A stretch of DNA of 64,000 nt from Dudresnaya verticillata. Taxonomy: Eukaryota. Where the stretch lies: contig OZ374557.1 of NCBI GenBank assembly GCA_977862235.1, positions 806,001 through 870,000 of the forward strand, read 5' to 3'. This document shows positions 37,704 through 49,883 of the stretch, piece by piece (position 1 is the first letter of the stretch; the number at the start of each line of letters is the position of its first letter). The notes beneath the pieces are model-generated. The model did not search any database, was not told the origin of the DNA, and saw only the letters and a program-made list of their open reading frames with translations. The position numbers were made by a program, and so were the translations under genes.

Positions 37704-38682
37704 AACGACCTGCGCGGTTCGCAGGCGTCATATGTGCAGGTGCTTAGCGCAGTCCTTCTGCCGGTGAATCGCCATGACTGCGCGAAGGGGAAGAGGCTGC
37801 GTCTTTCCCGCGTGTACCTGTAAGGTCGGTATCAGCCCTGAGTGTAATACTCCCGCCACAGTCCAGATTCAACATACCGTAAGCCTGAACGGCTCGGCAA
37901 TGCCAATGCCGTAACGGAAATTTGGTCAGATAAATATCTTCGCAATTTTTGCCATGACCTTTGCAGTTACCCGTTCTACCGTAAGCTCTCTAGTATGAAT
38001 GAACATTGGAAAAGGCTGAGGTGCGTGGCGCGCAGCGCGCGTGTTGATCTGGACCCATCGGTGTCGCTGAGTGGCGCTGTAAGATACCTTACAGTGCTCC
38101 CGCCGCAGACAACCACCACGCTGTCCGCGCCCGACCCGCCTGCCCGACTGCAACTGGCTGGGCTACTTCAAGGCCTCGAAGACCCCTCTCCTCTCGACAC
38201 GATGGAAGTAGAAGAGTAAGCAGCATTGACGAGAACGTCCGTTGCGTCAGCCGCGCCAGTCTCCCATGGCCCTCTTCCCTCGCCTCCGCAAACCTTGCCT
38301 CCCCCTCTGACCCACTACTCTCGCTCGCGCCACACTTCGCCCCGCTCGCGTCCCTTCCTCCGCGTTCCGCGACCATGTGTGCCGCGCCCGTAGAGCAGTG
38401 ATTGTACACCACTCTCACGCAGCGCGCAGTTCGACCGCTTGGTGACGACATTCCGGATTCCATACCGTCTTCACGCGCTAATCGCGTCGCTTAAGCCTTC
38501 GTGCACTTCGACACGATTGTAAACCACGCCGTCAAAAAATGACTGCGAGCACACGCAGTAATACAAATTATTCTACTGCAGACAAGAAGACCGCATTAAA
38601 AGAGTTCCTGACGAAGGCTGCCAACGCATACAACTATTTGAGTGTAAGGATGTGCTTTCTCGGTCTCTTACGGAGTCCTGGA

Positions 38683-39459
38683 CGTGATATAAAGAAGTCT
38701 ACGGTGTGGTATAGACGCTATGCACAAACCAACTCCGTGGTCTACGTGAAAATAATCGAGAAATACGAATTTCGAAGTGACTCTGTGATCGCGCACGTCA
38801 CGATGGCCAACGTATTACAGTGCGCATACTGTGCACGCGCCACGATGGTAATTCGCATTACAGTGCGCATGCGATACGAAATCGCTGACAACTTCGTAGT
38901 TTTCCAGTTGTTTCCTGCGCGTAACGGCTCCGAGGCCCCCGAGGCACAAGCACCTCCGTATACAGCACTGGGGCACTTCGTAGCCGCCACCATACGTGAG
39001 ACGATCGTTCGTTGCCACCGAGGCCGTTACGAATAATTCGAGTACGAACCGTCTCCCGCGTTGACGTGTATTCGTGCTCAGGTAGTAGTACTTAGCCAGT
39101 CGTCTGCCACAACTTCCGAGGGTCTCCGGTAAGCGACTAGCGCCCGGATCTCGGAGTCTTTGGTAAACACCTGTTTCTTCGAGTTCGGTGTCTTCGTATT
39201 CGTGACCGCGGATAGGGTCGAGCCTCGCTTTCGATAGCCCCGCGCACCCGGAGTGATCCCCGGTGATCGATCGCTCGAGTTCTCCCTTCTGCGCCCGAAT
39301 ACGTTGACATCGTGGTCCTTTGTGTTGGTCGCTCCGCTCTACCACGCTACCACCCCTTTTTCCGTTCTACGTTAGGCTACGAGGCCACAAGTTAGTCTCC
39401 GAGGCCGCTCCTTACAGTTCGAGACTCCCCCGCGTCATCGTGGACTTCGTTATATCACA
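38683..39459 (+). repeat. 5' LTR of a truncated Gypsy element E (777 bp)
   Basis: 17-bp imperfect terminal inverted repeat (C/T)GTGATATAA(A/C)GAAGTC; PBS follows. Confidence 0.8.
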
Positions 39460-39460
39460 C

Positions 39461-39478
39461 TGGTCTCCCGAACTAGAA
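39461..39478 (+). promoter_or_regulatory. Primer-binding site of element E
   Basis: TGGTCTCCCGAACTAGAA 1 nt after the LTR end. Confidence 0.85.
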
Positions 39479-39994
39479 CGAGGTTCCGAAGTTTCACATT
39501 TATTCGTAATTCGTTTCTATCCGAGGCACAATGTTTCACGCTCCGAGTCGCCCCGATCCGGTATCGGTTCGACGCCCGGGTCGAGCGGTCCCCAGTGCCA
39601 GAACGATGATACGGGTCCCGCGAGCGATAACGGACTTTCGATTACGGGTCCTCCGGGGGACATCGGTGGTTGAAGTGAAGCTCGGAACACTGCGGGGTTG
39701 ATACGGGGGTTGTCGGAGGCATCGGTTGCCTGATGCGATGAAGGGCGCGGGAACTGATTCGGATACGCGTTTTTCGGTAACGTAGATTGGGCACCCGGGC
39801 CTTGCACGGGTTGAACTAGCGGCGAATTGCGGGGGTCAGGACGGGCATCGGGATGATCTTCGCGACTTTGAGTCTTTTCCTTCGGTAACGCGGCGGACAC
39901 GATGTCACGAATAGCGTTCAACTGTTCCTCCGAGGATACGTGCGAGCTGCGAACGGGAAGCGATTGACTCGCCTTGCCCACGGGGGCACTTCTG

Positions 39995-40343
39995 TAAGCC
40001 CTTCACTGTATTACAATGTTCTACAAAGCGTTCTCCATGCTATCGTTTGGTCTTCTCATCAGGGCAGGAGGATTAATACAGGTACGGCATATTGCCTGGG
40101 GTATTCGTCCACTGAAAAGCGAAAGGGAACAAGATAGTGCTGAATTTGGTTACCATCATTGGTGGCAGAAACTGTGGTCGCGTCCTCACCGCCATGATGG
40201 GCTCCTTGTCTGACCACACGACGGATAGCTTTCAATGGGTGGTCCAGAAAATTTCGGAGTGCTATGGTGTAGTACTGGCAATGGTCTCCATGTACCAGAG
40301 AACGTCTTTTATGCTTGCCGGTCTAACGGTCTTGAGCTATTAT
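39995..40343 (+). pseudogene. Degenerate MULE/FAR1-type transposase, part 1
   Basis: LVTIIG..N.GRVL....L.D.TTDSFQWV resembles the MULE core; continues after element D. Confidence 0.55.
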
Positions 40344-41175
40344 TGTAGTGCAAACGTCCTTGACGGAACACCGCCGAGCAGTTCGGGGCGCGGTGGGTAG
40401 CGACGCCCGTGGCGGTGAGTAGCCTCGTCTTGGGCGACTTGTGGTAGAGCAATTGACTCGCCTTGGGCGGACTGTAAACGCCCGAGGCGGAAAGGAAGGA
40501 CAAAAGAGAACAAAAAGGGAACACGTCAAAGACGGGTAGAGACGTGGAAGCACGGGAGGGAGACGCTTAGCCGTAGGCAGCGGTAGGGTACGCGCGTGCT
40601 GAACGGGGAAGTCTGGACCAAGGCCGGCTTTCCGGGAGTTTACCTCAACGTCTGAGACGGATCAACTAAGTATAGAACTACCTAGCGGCGGCGACGAGTG
40701 TGTAGGCGCCGCGCGGGAACTCGGGACACGTGTTGTCCCGAGGCGCGTCTGACAGATCCGTCCGTCATGCAGCCGCGCTCCTGACAGATCACGCTTAGCT
40801 TCCCTGCTCGAGTCCTTACACCTACATGTGGATGTACTTCCTTATAGCCGCATGCGCCCCATGGCGCGTGCGGTCTCGATCCGCACCAATCCCGATCCAG
40901 TCCGGATTCGGGCCAGCCATGCGGATGCGCCAGGCTTACAGCGAACGTTCCCGCCACTGCGCCATGCGCGTACGCGTGGCGCCGTACAGTGCCCGGGGTT
41001 CAGGCGTGCGGTCTGCACGCCAAGCGAGCCGTTCTGGCCCGAGTGGCTAGCGGCATGCGTCGGTGACGTGTTTGCGCCGCGGGCGGGTTGAGCGCGCCGT
41101 TGGCGGTCGTCCGTCGGTAGACGCTGCATATCAACCCGCTTGAAAGCGAAAAAGGGGGACCCCCCTGGCACTACA
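40344..41175 (-). repeat. 3' LTR of element D (832 bp)
   Basis: TGTAGTGC...GCACTACA; direct repeat of 52555-53469 lacking about 83 bp. Confidence 0.95.
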
Positions 41176-41608
41176 CGACCCCCTCCGAAAACGCGAACAC
41201 GTCAACCTGTTTCACCCTGCCTGCCTTACTGCGTCTGCGCCTCTTCCAGCGCCGATCGTGTCTGTCACCCGCGCCTTCGCGTCTGCATTTGCCCGCCCTT
41301 GGCGTTGGTTGAGCCCCGTCAAAGACGCACGTTCAGTTCCCCCCGCCTTTAGCGTAGGAACAATTCCCGTCGAATACGTGTCGTTGACTAACTTCGCCAG
41401 TGGCGTGCGTGAACCCCCGTGTTTGACGTCGTATCTGTGCACGCGTACGTGCACATACCGTCTAGGGCGTTTCTTTGAGTTCCGCCTTCGGCGTTGTTTG
41501 GTCCACCGTCGTTGACGTGTGTTTGTTGGCTTCCGTCTTTGGCGTAAATTCGACTTCGGAGTCAAAACCGTCGTTGACGTATCGTGTGAACTTCACCAGT
41601 GGCGTGCG

Positions 41609-43929
41609 ATGACTGAACGTCTCAGACGTCATGGCCCAGTTCAACGGCCTTCAAGTGGAGGGCGGCGCCGGTGTATCCGTCACCATTCGACCTTTTCGGG
41701 AGGACGCCCCGCAACGATGCGCGATTATTCTCGCGGGCCCCCTGGTTCGACCAGGAGGCCCTGCGGCACGAGGACCTCATCACCCATTACGCTGTGAGCG
41801 GATTTTTGCCAGGGGAGTTGCCCCTAGCCGTCGTGTGGACGAACGAGTGGCGCCATCGGTGCGCCATTCCGAGAGGCTGGCTGCGTATTGGAGCCGGTCA
41901 GATGCGTGCAGATTCGTATGCGTGTTTCGTCGTTGACGTGTATCGGCGGTTTACTCGCTATCCGGGGTCGGTATTGACCCCCACCGTCTTTGAATTTAAC
42001 GCAGGGCAGTACCGCGCCAATGGTTAGGTTGGGTATGGGGACAGTCTTGGGACGTTGTCACTAAGCCATGTGACTGTTTCGGCTGAGCCGCGGGTGCTTC
42101 AGGAGGCTAACCTCCTTGGTGTACGCTTGAAAGCGGATTTCCGATACTTGCATAGGACGGGCACCTTCTATTGGGAGCGCTGCGTCCGTTGGGAGTGCGA
42201 AACGCGCCGCCGAAAAGGCGTTTTTGTGCCGTATCAAGATACGCAAGTCGATCGCATTGAGCGGGAAAAGTTGCCGCATTGCTTCATTCACGTCCCGCCG
42301 TTGTGCCGAGACTTTGAGGTCAGCGAGGGCTTTGCGGCTGAATTGCCTCCGTGTGTCACGTATATTTGGCTCCGAGTTGCGGACGGATCCGTACTCTCGA
42401 TGTTAGATCGTGTTTTTCACCGAGTGGGTCATTAACGTAAGTTACGCATGGATGTGGGAGGTGTATGACACCTTCCGGCTCTATTATGTGCCGCCACGCG
42501 TGGTCAGCCTCCTTGGCGGGCTTGACTTGGCTGAAGGGCTGGGCGGTGTCAAGAATTGCCAAGAGTTCTGGGATCTACGCCATGTGGCGGATAACGTCAA
42601 CTGGGACGACCCGGTTGCTGTGCCGCCGGGGAACAGGCGCCGTAAGGCAAACCGTCCGCGTTACGCGATGAGTAGAAACCGTTCCGCCTGTGGCGATTGG
42701 GTGTGGTACAACCCGTGGACCAAACGTCTTACAATGGAGAACATCGCTGAGAGTCATTGTCGTACGGACCGCTGCACGCCAGCGAATCACCCACGTGGGT
42801 TGCGCAAGAATTGCGACTTTGCGGGGGATTTACCACCCCACTTGAGCGCCTTGATGGCGGAGGAGGATGCGTTCCACTCTAACAGCGGACCGGTTAACCC
42901 GTCTGGGACGGACGTCATTACGCCTATGGCGGCTGAGCTTACTGCGGGGGCGACAGCTCCCACGGCGACTTCGCCAGCGGCGGTAGGATCGTCGGCTGTT
43001 GTGCCTGTCGGCTTGCCGTCGGTTGCGCCATTGGATCTCTCGGCGCCCATCAATGAGGGTGATGGTGATGCCATCATGGTTGCGCCCGTGGCGAGTTCTG
43101 CGTCCGCAGTTACCCCTCAAGGCGGCTCGTCTAACGTCGCTGACGGTGCGAATTGCCCTCCTGCAGTGCCCGAATGGACTGAGGAGCAGCGCCGCACGGT
43201 GCTCGTATTTTTGCGAGCCACCGGTGTCGTCACTAACGGGTCGGGCGGGTCATCCACGACGCCCCTCGGGCACCCGCTGCTGGCTGCTCTGCAGCCCCGC
43301 GTTGCTGTAGTTCAGGCGTCGACCGTCGTTGCGACTGTGCCGTCTAACGACGAAGGTACAGCGTCTAATGACGGAGTGGCGAAAAGCCTTTGTCGCCTCA
43401 GGCGGGTTGTGCGGGTTCGTCCGCCATTGCGTCCACTGACGTTGTTAACAAAAGTCCGCCAAAGGCGAGTGCGGTGGCAGCACCTACGGCGGTTCCGCAG
43501 GCTCCAGTGGCCTCTTCGTCAGTGACGGATGTTGATCGTTCAACGCCTTTGGCGGTTAATGCGGTCCCATCACCGGAGGTGCCGGGGCCGTCGGCTTCGC
43601 CCAAGGCGGTTGAGTATGCTCCGCCGCCAGAGGCGAGTGAGCTTCCTGGTGTAGCGCCTAAGGCGGATAATGACTCTAACGCTGCGCCTATGGCGGTTGA
43701 CGAACAGTTGTCGCCTAAGGCGGGTTGTGAGTCAGGCGCGTCGCCAGCGGCGGATGTCGCGACTTCGACAGCAGTGGCTGTGGCGGGTCCCTTGCGGTCC
43801 GTCCCTGCCCCTGCTGCGAGCGCACCGTCGGTGACGGAAGACGACCTCTACTAAGAGGCGTTAAGAGAATCCGCCAATGGTGTCGGGGATGATGCCCCAT
43901 CTGAGCCGTCTGCGACGAAAAAGCCGTAG
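41609..43929 (+). pseudogene. Antisense extra ORF of element D, with stops and frameshifts
   Basis: ORFs 41671-42027 and 42055-42435 (same frame), 42410-43525 and 43390-43854; Trp/Tyr-rich core followed by an Ala/Pro/Ser tail; motif similarity to the antisense ORF of C. Confidence 0.75.
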
Positions 43930-45138
43930 CGTTGTTGGATCGTTAAGAATGGTTCGTGGGCGCGAGAGTGCGTGTGGTGTCGCTCCGCTTGTCCCGCAGC
44001 GGGGCGGTGAGCGAGGGATTCATACGTCATAGACGGTTAGTGCCGCGTATTACGACGTAGGTCGTAGTGGGAGGCCATACGGGCACGGGGGTTACCCTCG
44101 CTTGTGAAGCCCGAATAAACTTGACCGTTGTGAAACGTAGTTGCTTATGTGTCCGCTTGATGTAGAGCGCTGCTATAGCGAATAGTATGTAGCCGACGGG
44201 TCGCGTTCGTATAGACGTTGTTTTTGTCTGTTCGCTGTAGTAGCGTTTGCGTAAAAGCTTGGGGCGGCGCCGCCTTGGTGGCGTTCTTCTCCTTCCTTGA
44301 TGCCGCTACAGTAGCATAAGCCTTTTCGGGAGGGCCAATTTTCTCATGCCGATTTAGTCGTTTTGTTCAAATCGCGATTCCGCTTGTTAAGCGAATGTGT
44401 AGTTGGGGAGCCGTTTGTCGGTTGGCTTTTCGTCCTTGACGTAGGGCATGTTACGTTAGCGTCGGGAACGGCTGGGTTGGCGATGCGCCGCGCGTTGGAC
44501 GCATTTCCTACGACTCCTGGGTGCGGCTGCCGCGCCCAGCGGCGGAGTCATTTTTGCGATTAGCGCGTCGTGCATGAAACGTAGCCCAACTCCGTCTTCG
44601 ACGCCTGTTTCTTCTCTCGTGTTTGTGGGCGACCCCTTTTTCGGCTTGAGACACGTCGTTGACGTTTGCGGGCGTCACCCTCGAGGCGGTTGCGTGCGCC
44701 GCCCGTAAGGGTGGCGAGTTTCGGACTTGGCCGTGGGTGGCGCGCCTGGGCGAGGACGTGGGAGACGGTCTGTCGCGTCTGTGCTTGGTTTGCCTCGTGG
44801 GCGCTCGTAGTGCTGGGGTACACACTTGTCGGGTTCTCGTTTGTTGGGCGCCGCCTGGCTGGCGGTGCCTTCGCGTTATTGTTTTCACAATAAAAGTTTC
44901 CATTTCGTTCGTTGCCCGATTTCGTGTGGTGCGTGCGCCCTCCACGCCTTCTGACTACTGTCAGCCGTTCTGTCCTTACGGACCCCCCCGAAGAGGGTTA
45001 CCTATTCGCGTGTCGCCAACCCAATCGTCATTGATCCGGTTGATTACAGCCCCAGTCGTCCGTAACGAGTGTACGTCGGCGTCAACCCGTATGAGGGTGT
45101 GGCGTGTGTTTCGCTTCCAGCGTCCACCCTGACTAGGG

Positions 45139-48100
45139 TTATCCGCGTTGCGCGTCGTCGATGTTTGGAGGCAGACGCGTGTGCTTCTGACGGTGATACC
45201 GCACGACGTGCGATCGCGGTAGACTGGACACCGGTTCCCAGGTATTTGCTGAAGCGGGGTATCCAAACCACTTGACGCGGTAGAGGATCTCACCGTCTTC
45301 CGCGTGTGCGTGCGATTCAACCCGTTCGATAACGTACTCCGTCTCGCTTGCAGCGGTCGACGTGGGCTCCTGCCGTTCGAACGCCTTGTGCGGTTCACTT
45401 TGTTGCGTGATGGGCGTCTGCACCGCTTCTGCAAACCGTACTCGACGAGTCGATCGCCTAAGGCGCTGGTTCGGTGCCCCGGGCGCTGGCGCAGCGGGTT
45501 GTAGTTCTTCGCTTTTGCGTACGGGTTCCTCGCTTCTAGCGGCGTCCTTCGCGGTAGTGTGGTCTTCCTCATCGGCAGTCGATGCGTTTGAAGCGAGACC
45601 TACCTTGGTAGCCGGCGAAGCCGAGGTTGCGTGTCCCATTCGCGTACGGATATCGGGACCCTCCTCCTCGTCGGAGACGGACTGCGAGACACCGTCGTCG
45701 GGGTTGGCGGCGAAGGGTGAGAGCTCTGCTAACCCGCGACTTCGCGGCGTTGCATTCATTCGCTCCTGTGAGTCGTACGTGCTTCGCGGTGTCCCCGTGC
45801 CTCCTGCCGGGTCCGCCTGTGGCGTGTCTGGGGTGTCTGCTCCTTCGTCGGTTGACGTGGGGGCATTGGGCTCTGGTACGTGAGGTGGTCCCGGTGGCTG
45901 CACGGTTGCGGGGGCGGTGTGCCCTGGTGGGGTTGGCGCCCATACCACGCGGTCCCGGGATAAACGTTCGCGTTCTCCGCGTCCCTTGTCGACGGTGACT
46001 GTCTCGTCGTTGACGTGAGTTACTCGATACGGTCCATCCGCTACAGGGGCCAGCTTGTGCTTGCGCTCTGAGCGATCGGTGCTCCCGCCGCGGGCGAAGT
46101 ATTCCTTCCGTACGAATGCAAAGTCGCCCACAGAGATGTTCTCCTTCGATTTCCTCAGAGGAGTATCGACGTTCCGTTTGTAACGCGCCTGCGTCTTCGC
46201 GAGCGACTCTTTAGCGGTTCCCATCAATGCGGACAGCCAGGTTCGCCATTTGGTGTAGTACTGTCCGGCAGTGGGTACGCTTTCAAGCGACGGCTCCGCT
46301 TCTAGCGACAACGGCCGCGGGGGCTTAGAGAGCACCAGCTCGAATGGAGGGAGGTTGGTAGACGAGTGCAGTTGCGTATTGTACGCGAACATCAGGGCAT
46401 CGGTGAACAAATCCCAGTCCCTGGGGTGGTCTGCCACGTAGTGACGCAGGGAGGCGAGGATGGTTCGATTGAATCGTTCTATTTGGCCGTTACAATGCGG
46501 ATGGTACGTAGTGGTGAAGAGATTCTCCACCCCTAAGATGCGGCAGACGTCCGGGAACAACTTGGCTACAAATTGCGGCCCATTGTCGGACAGCAGCTTC
46601 TTCGGTGGGCCATACACAAACACCCAGTGTCGAACAAACGCCTTAGCGATTTCCAATGCCGTAATCTTACGTAAGGGAACCGTCCGGACCAGCTTCGAGA
46701 AGCGGTCCACGATGACGAGTAGGAACGTATTCCCCCGCTTAGTGCGTATGAGCTCCCCGAGAATATCGATGGACACAAACTCGAGAGGCTCGGTTGCCGG
46801 AACAGTTTCATCTCCTTCACGTTCTTTCGCATCAGTACCCGGTTCTTCGCGCAGGTAACGCAGTTGCGGACGGTCGGGTAACAATCCACCGGCATAGACG
46901 GCCAATAATACTCGCGTCGAAGCGTATGCTACAGCTTCCGCCCTCCGGGATGTCCTGCTAATTTGGCGTGATGCCGGAGATGGAGCAATCGAACGCGTAA
47001 CGCGGATGGTACCACGACTTGGGGTCGGGCCTCTACGGTCCGAACCAATAGTCCCTGTTCATCCGTTGCAAACGGTAGGGTGTCTCCGTCATCTAGACGT
47101 TTCCGGATCTCGGAGCAGTACTGGTCATTGCCCTGAGCATGCACCAACTCCTCTTGCGTCAATTGACGGAGGAGCACTTCACCCGCCGGTGGCGCGCTGG
47201 TAACCAACATCTGGTCAAACTCTTCGAACTCTCGTTCGGCTAAATCGACTTCGCCCTTGGCGTTTGACATACCGCTTCCCGCGTGAGCGTAGCCGTTCTC
47301 TGACGAGTGATACTCGTCCGTGACGCAACTTCCGTAGTAACACGGGATATCATCGTCAATTGGTTCGACGGTTTCGCCGTTCGTCTGTAGACGTGAGAGG
47401 GCATCTGCCTGAGTATTCAGGTATCCCTTTTTATACTTCACGACGAAGTCGAATTCAGAGAGGCGAGGGCGGCATCTCATTAACCGTCCTGAGGGGTCGC
47501 TGATTTCCATGAGCCACCTCAACGACGAATGGTCCGTATGGACTACGAAGGACTCCATCTGAAGGTACGGTCTCAACGTCGTGATCGACCAGACTACTGC
47601 TAGGCATTCCTTTTCGGATACCGAGTAGTTGCGCTCCGGAGCGGTTAACGAGCGTGACCAGAAGCCAAGCGGCTTCCGTTCGCCGTCAGGCTGCGTTTGA
47701 AATAGTGCGCAGCCAACTTGGTACTCACTCGCGTCACAATCGACGGAGTACGGTAGTCCTTGCTGTGGCAACGCCAGGATGGGCGGGTGAGTCACCGCTT
47801 CGACGAGCGTGCTGAATGCCCGAGCTTGCTCCTCGGTGAACGGTTGTAACCGGAAGTCTTGCTCTTTCCTCAACAATTTGTTGAGGGGAGCGGCGACATG
47901 CGCGTATCACGATACAAACCGTCTATAGACGTTGCACAATCCGAGAAAGCTCCGTAATTCCTTCTGGTCCCGCGGATGTTTGGCTTCACGTAACGCGGCT
48001 GTGGCCGTACGGTCTACTTCCAATCGTCCCGGACGTATCACATGGCTGAGATAGTCGACGATCGGGGTGAAGAAGTCGCACTTGGTTAACTTCAATGTCA

Positions 48101-49883
48101 CCCCGGCCCGATGCAAAGTCGAAAGGATCTCGTCAACATGACGGAAGTGACTGTCGATATCGTTCGAGAAGATGATCACATCGTCAAGGTAGACGAGGCA
48201 TGAGCGCCACTTGTAACCAGCAAGCAGGATATCGAGGGTCCGTTGAAACGTGGCCGGTGCGTTAGTAAGTCCGAAGGGCATACGCTTGTAGCGGAACAAT
48301 CCGGCATGGCACGTGAGCCGTCTTGTCGCGATTTCGCGGATTGATGGGCACCTGCCAGTAACCACTATTGCAGTCTAGGGTGGTGAATACGTTCGTTTCC
48401 CTTAGGCTGTCAATATATTCGTCGATTCGCGGGAGAGGGTACGTATCTCGTACCGTTACCGCGTTCAAGCGACGGTAGTCAACGCAGAAGCGGAGTGTAC
48501 CGTCCTTCTTGGGAGCAAAGACGACCGGCGACGCCCATGGCGATTGTGCGGGTTCGATAACCCCCTGACGCAACATGCGATCCACCTCCGCTTGAGCGAG
48601 TTGCCTTTGCTTTGGGCCAGCCCGGTAAGGCGGGGATGAAATCGGCCTGGAGCCGGGGAGCAAGTCAATATAGTGCTCCGTGGTTGCGATTTCTCCTAAG
48701 GAACCGTCCCACATCGACGAGTACCTGCGCAGCATCTCCTTCAGCTGTCCTTGATGTTCGGCTGAGAGATGACTCAGGTTCAACTCGTCCATTGACGGAG
48801 GTTTCGCTACAGTTGCTTCGATCGACTTAGCGAATGTATCCGGCTGCGCCGTTACTCCATCATTCGTTTGAAAACGGAATTCTTGATTCGCTTCTTCCTC
48901 CGCTGCCTGCTCCTCGGTGATACCTAGGACATCGGCCAGACATATGAGACTGGGGAACACTGCTGTGGGATGTGGCAACGCGGTAGCGACGACTTGTCCT
49001 TTGACGAGCGCTTGCGGACGCGCGGAAAAGTTTGCGACGAGAATCCGGAACACTCTCCGCGGCTCTACTTGAGCGACCCGTTAATAACGGCTAAAGCTTG
49101 CCGATCATATAACGTTCCAAACGGTTGGATGGTAATACCCCCTGCTCGCTCGGTCGTTACCGAGATCCACTTCTGCGCTTGTGGCGGGATGATTGTTCGT
49201 TCCGCAACGCGTATCTTGGGCGACGTTCGCCCTTTGGCCGTGCCGTACTCTTGTTCCGTTGGCAACGGGGGGTAAGACGGGGGCAGGCGCAGCGGGCGGC
49301 GCGTTATAGGGACACGGGTCCCATCGTCCAACTCAATCTCGCGACTCCGCGGATAAATCGCTTCGACAAAGCGGTCGCAAAAGTTGCAACCGAGTATAAC
49401 CGGCGCAGCGAGCCGTTCACAGACGATCAACTCCAACTTGACAACCCTTCGTCCGAGACGTACGACTAAGTCGATAGTTCCCCGGGTCTGAATCGCCTTG
49501 TTGTTAGCTTCTGATATGACGGGGAGACTCTTGGATACGATCCGTGATCGCGCTTCTAGCGGAATATCGTCAATACGAATTAAATCCGGATCAGGCCCCG
49601 TGTCGAGGACAGCGAGTTTACGTGCCAAGGTACCTAAAGTTACGCCTAGATCGGCGTATACCTTGTAGTTACTTTTGGCCATTACGAACAACTGTCCCCG
49701 GGCTTGTGAGCGCTGGTACCGACGCCAGGGGCGCTTCAAGGACGTCTGTGACGAGTCTACCCGCCTATCGGCGTATTTTTTAACTAAGTTCGGGTCCTCC
49801 TTCCGTGTCAGCACCCGAGGCGGAAGCCTCTCTGCTTGGTGCGACACCCCAGTGTCAGGAGTTGGTACCCTCATTAGTTTTTC
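45139..49883 (-). pseudogene. pol: pol of element D (PR, RT, RNase H, integrase, chromodomain), frameshifted
   Basis: [44 protein letters not shown]; chromodomain YVIERVESH...YRVKWFGYPASANTWEP. Confidence 0.95.

Larger units (their letters stand above)
23940..37991. mobile_element. PIF/Harbinger-superfamily DNA transposon interrupted by element C
   Basis: 13-bp TIR AGAGAGCTTACGG (23940-23952) / CCGTAAGCTCTCT (37979-37991); 3-bp TSD AGT; convergent Myb-like and transposase genes. Confidence 0.9.
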
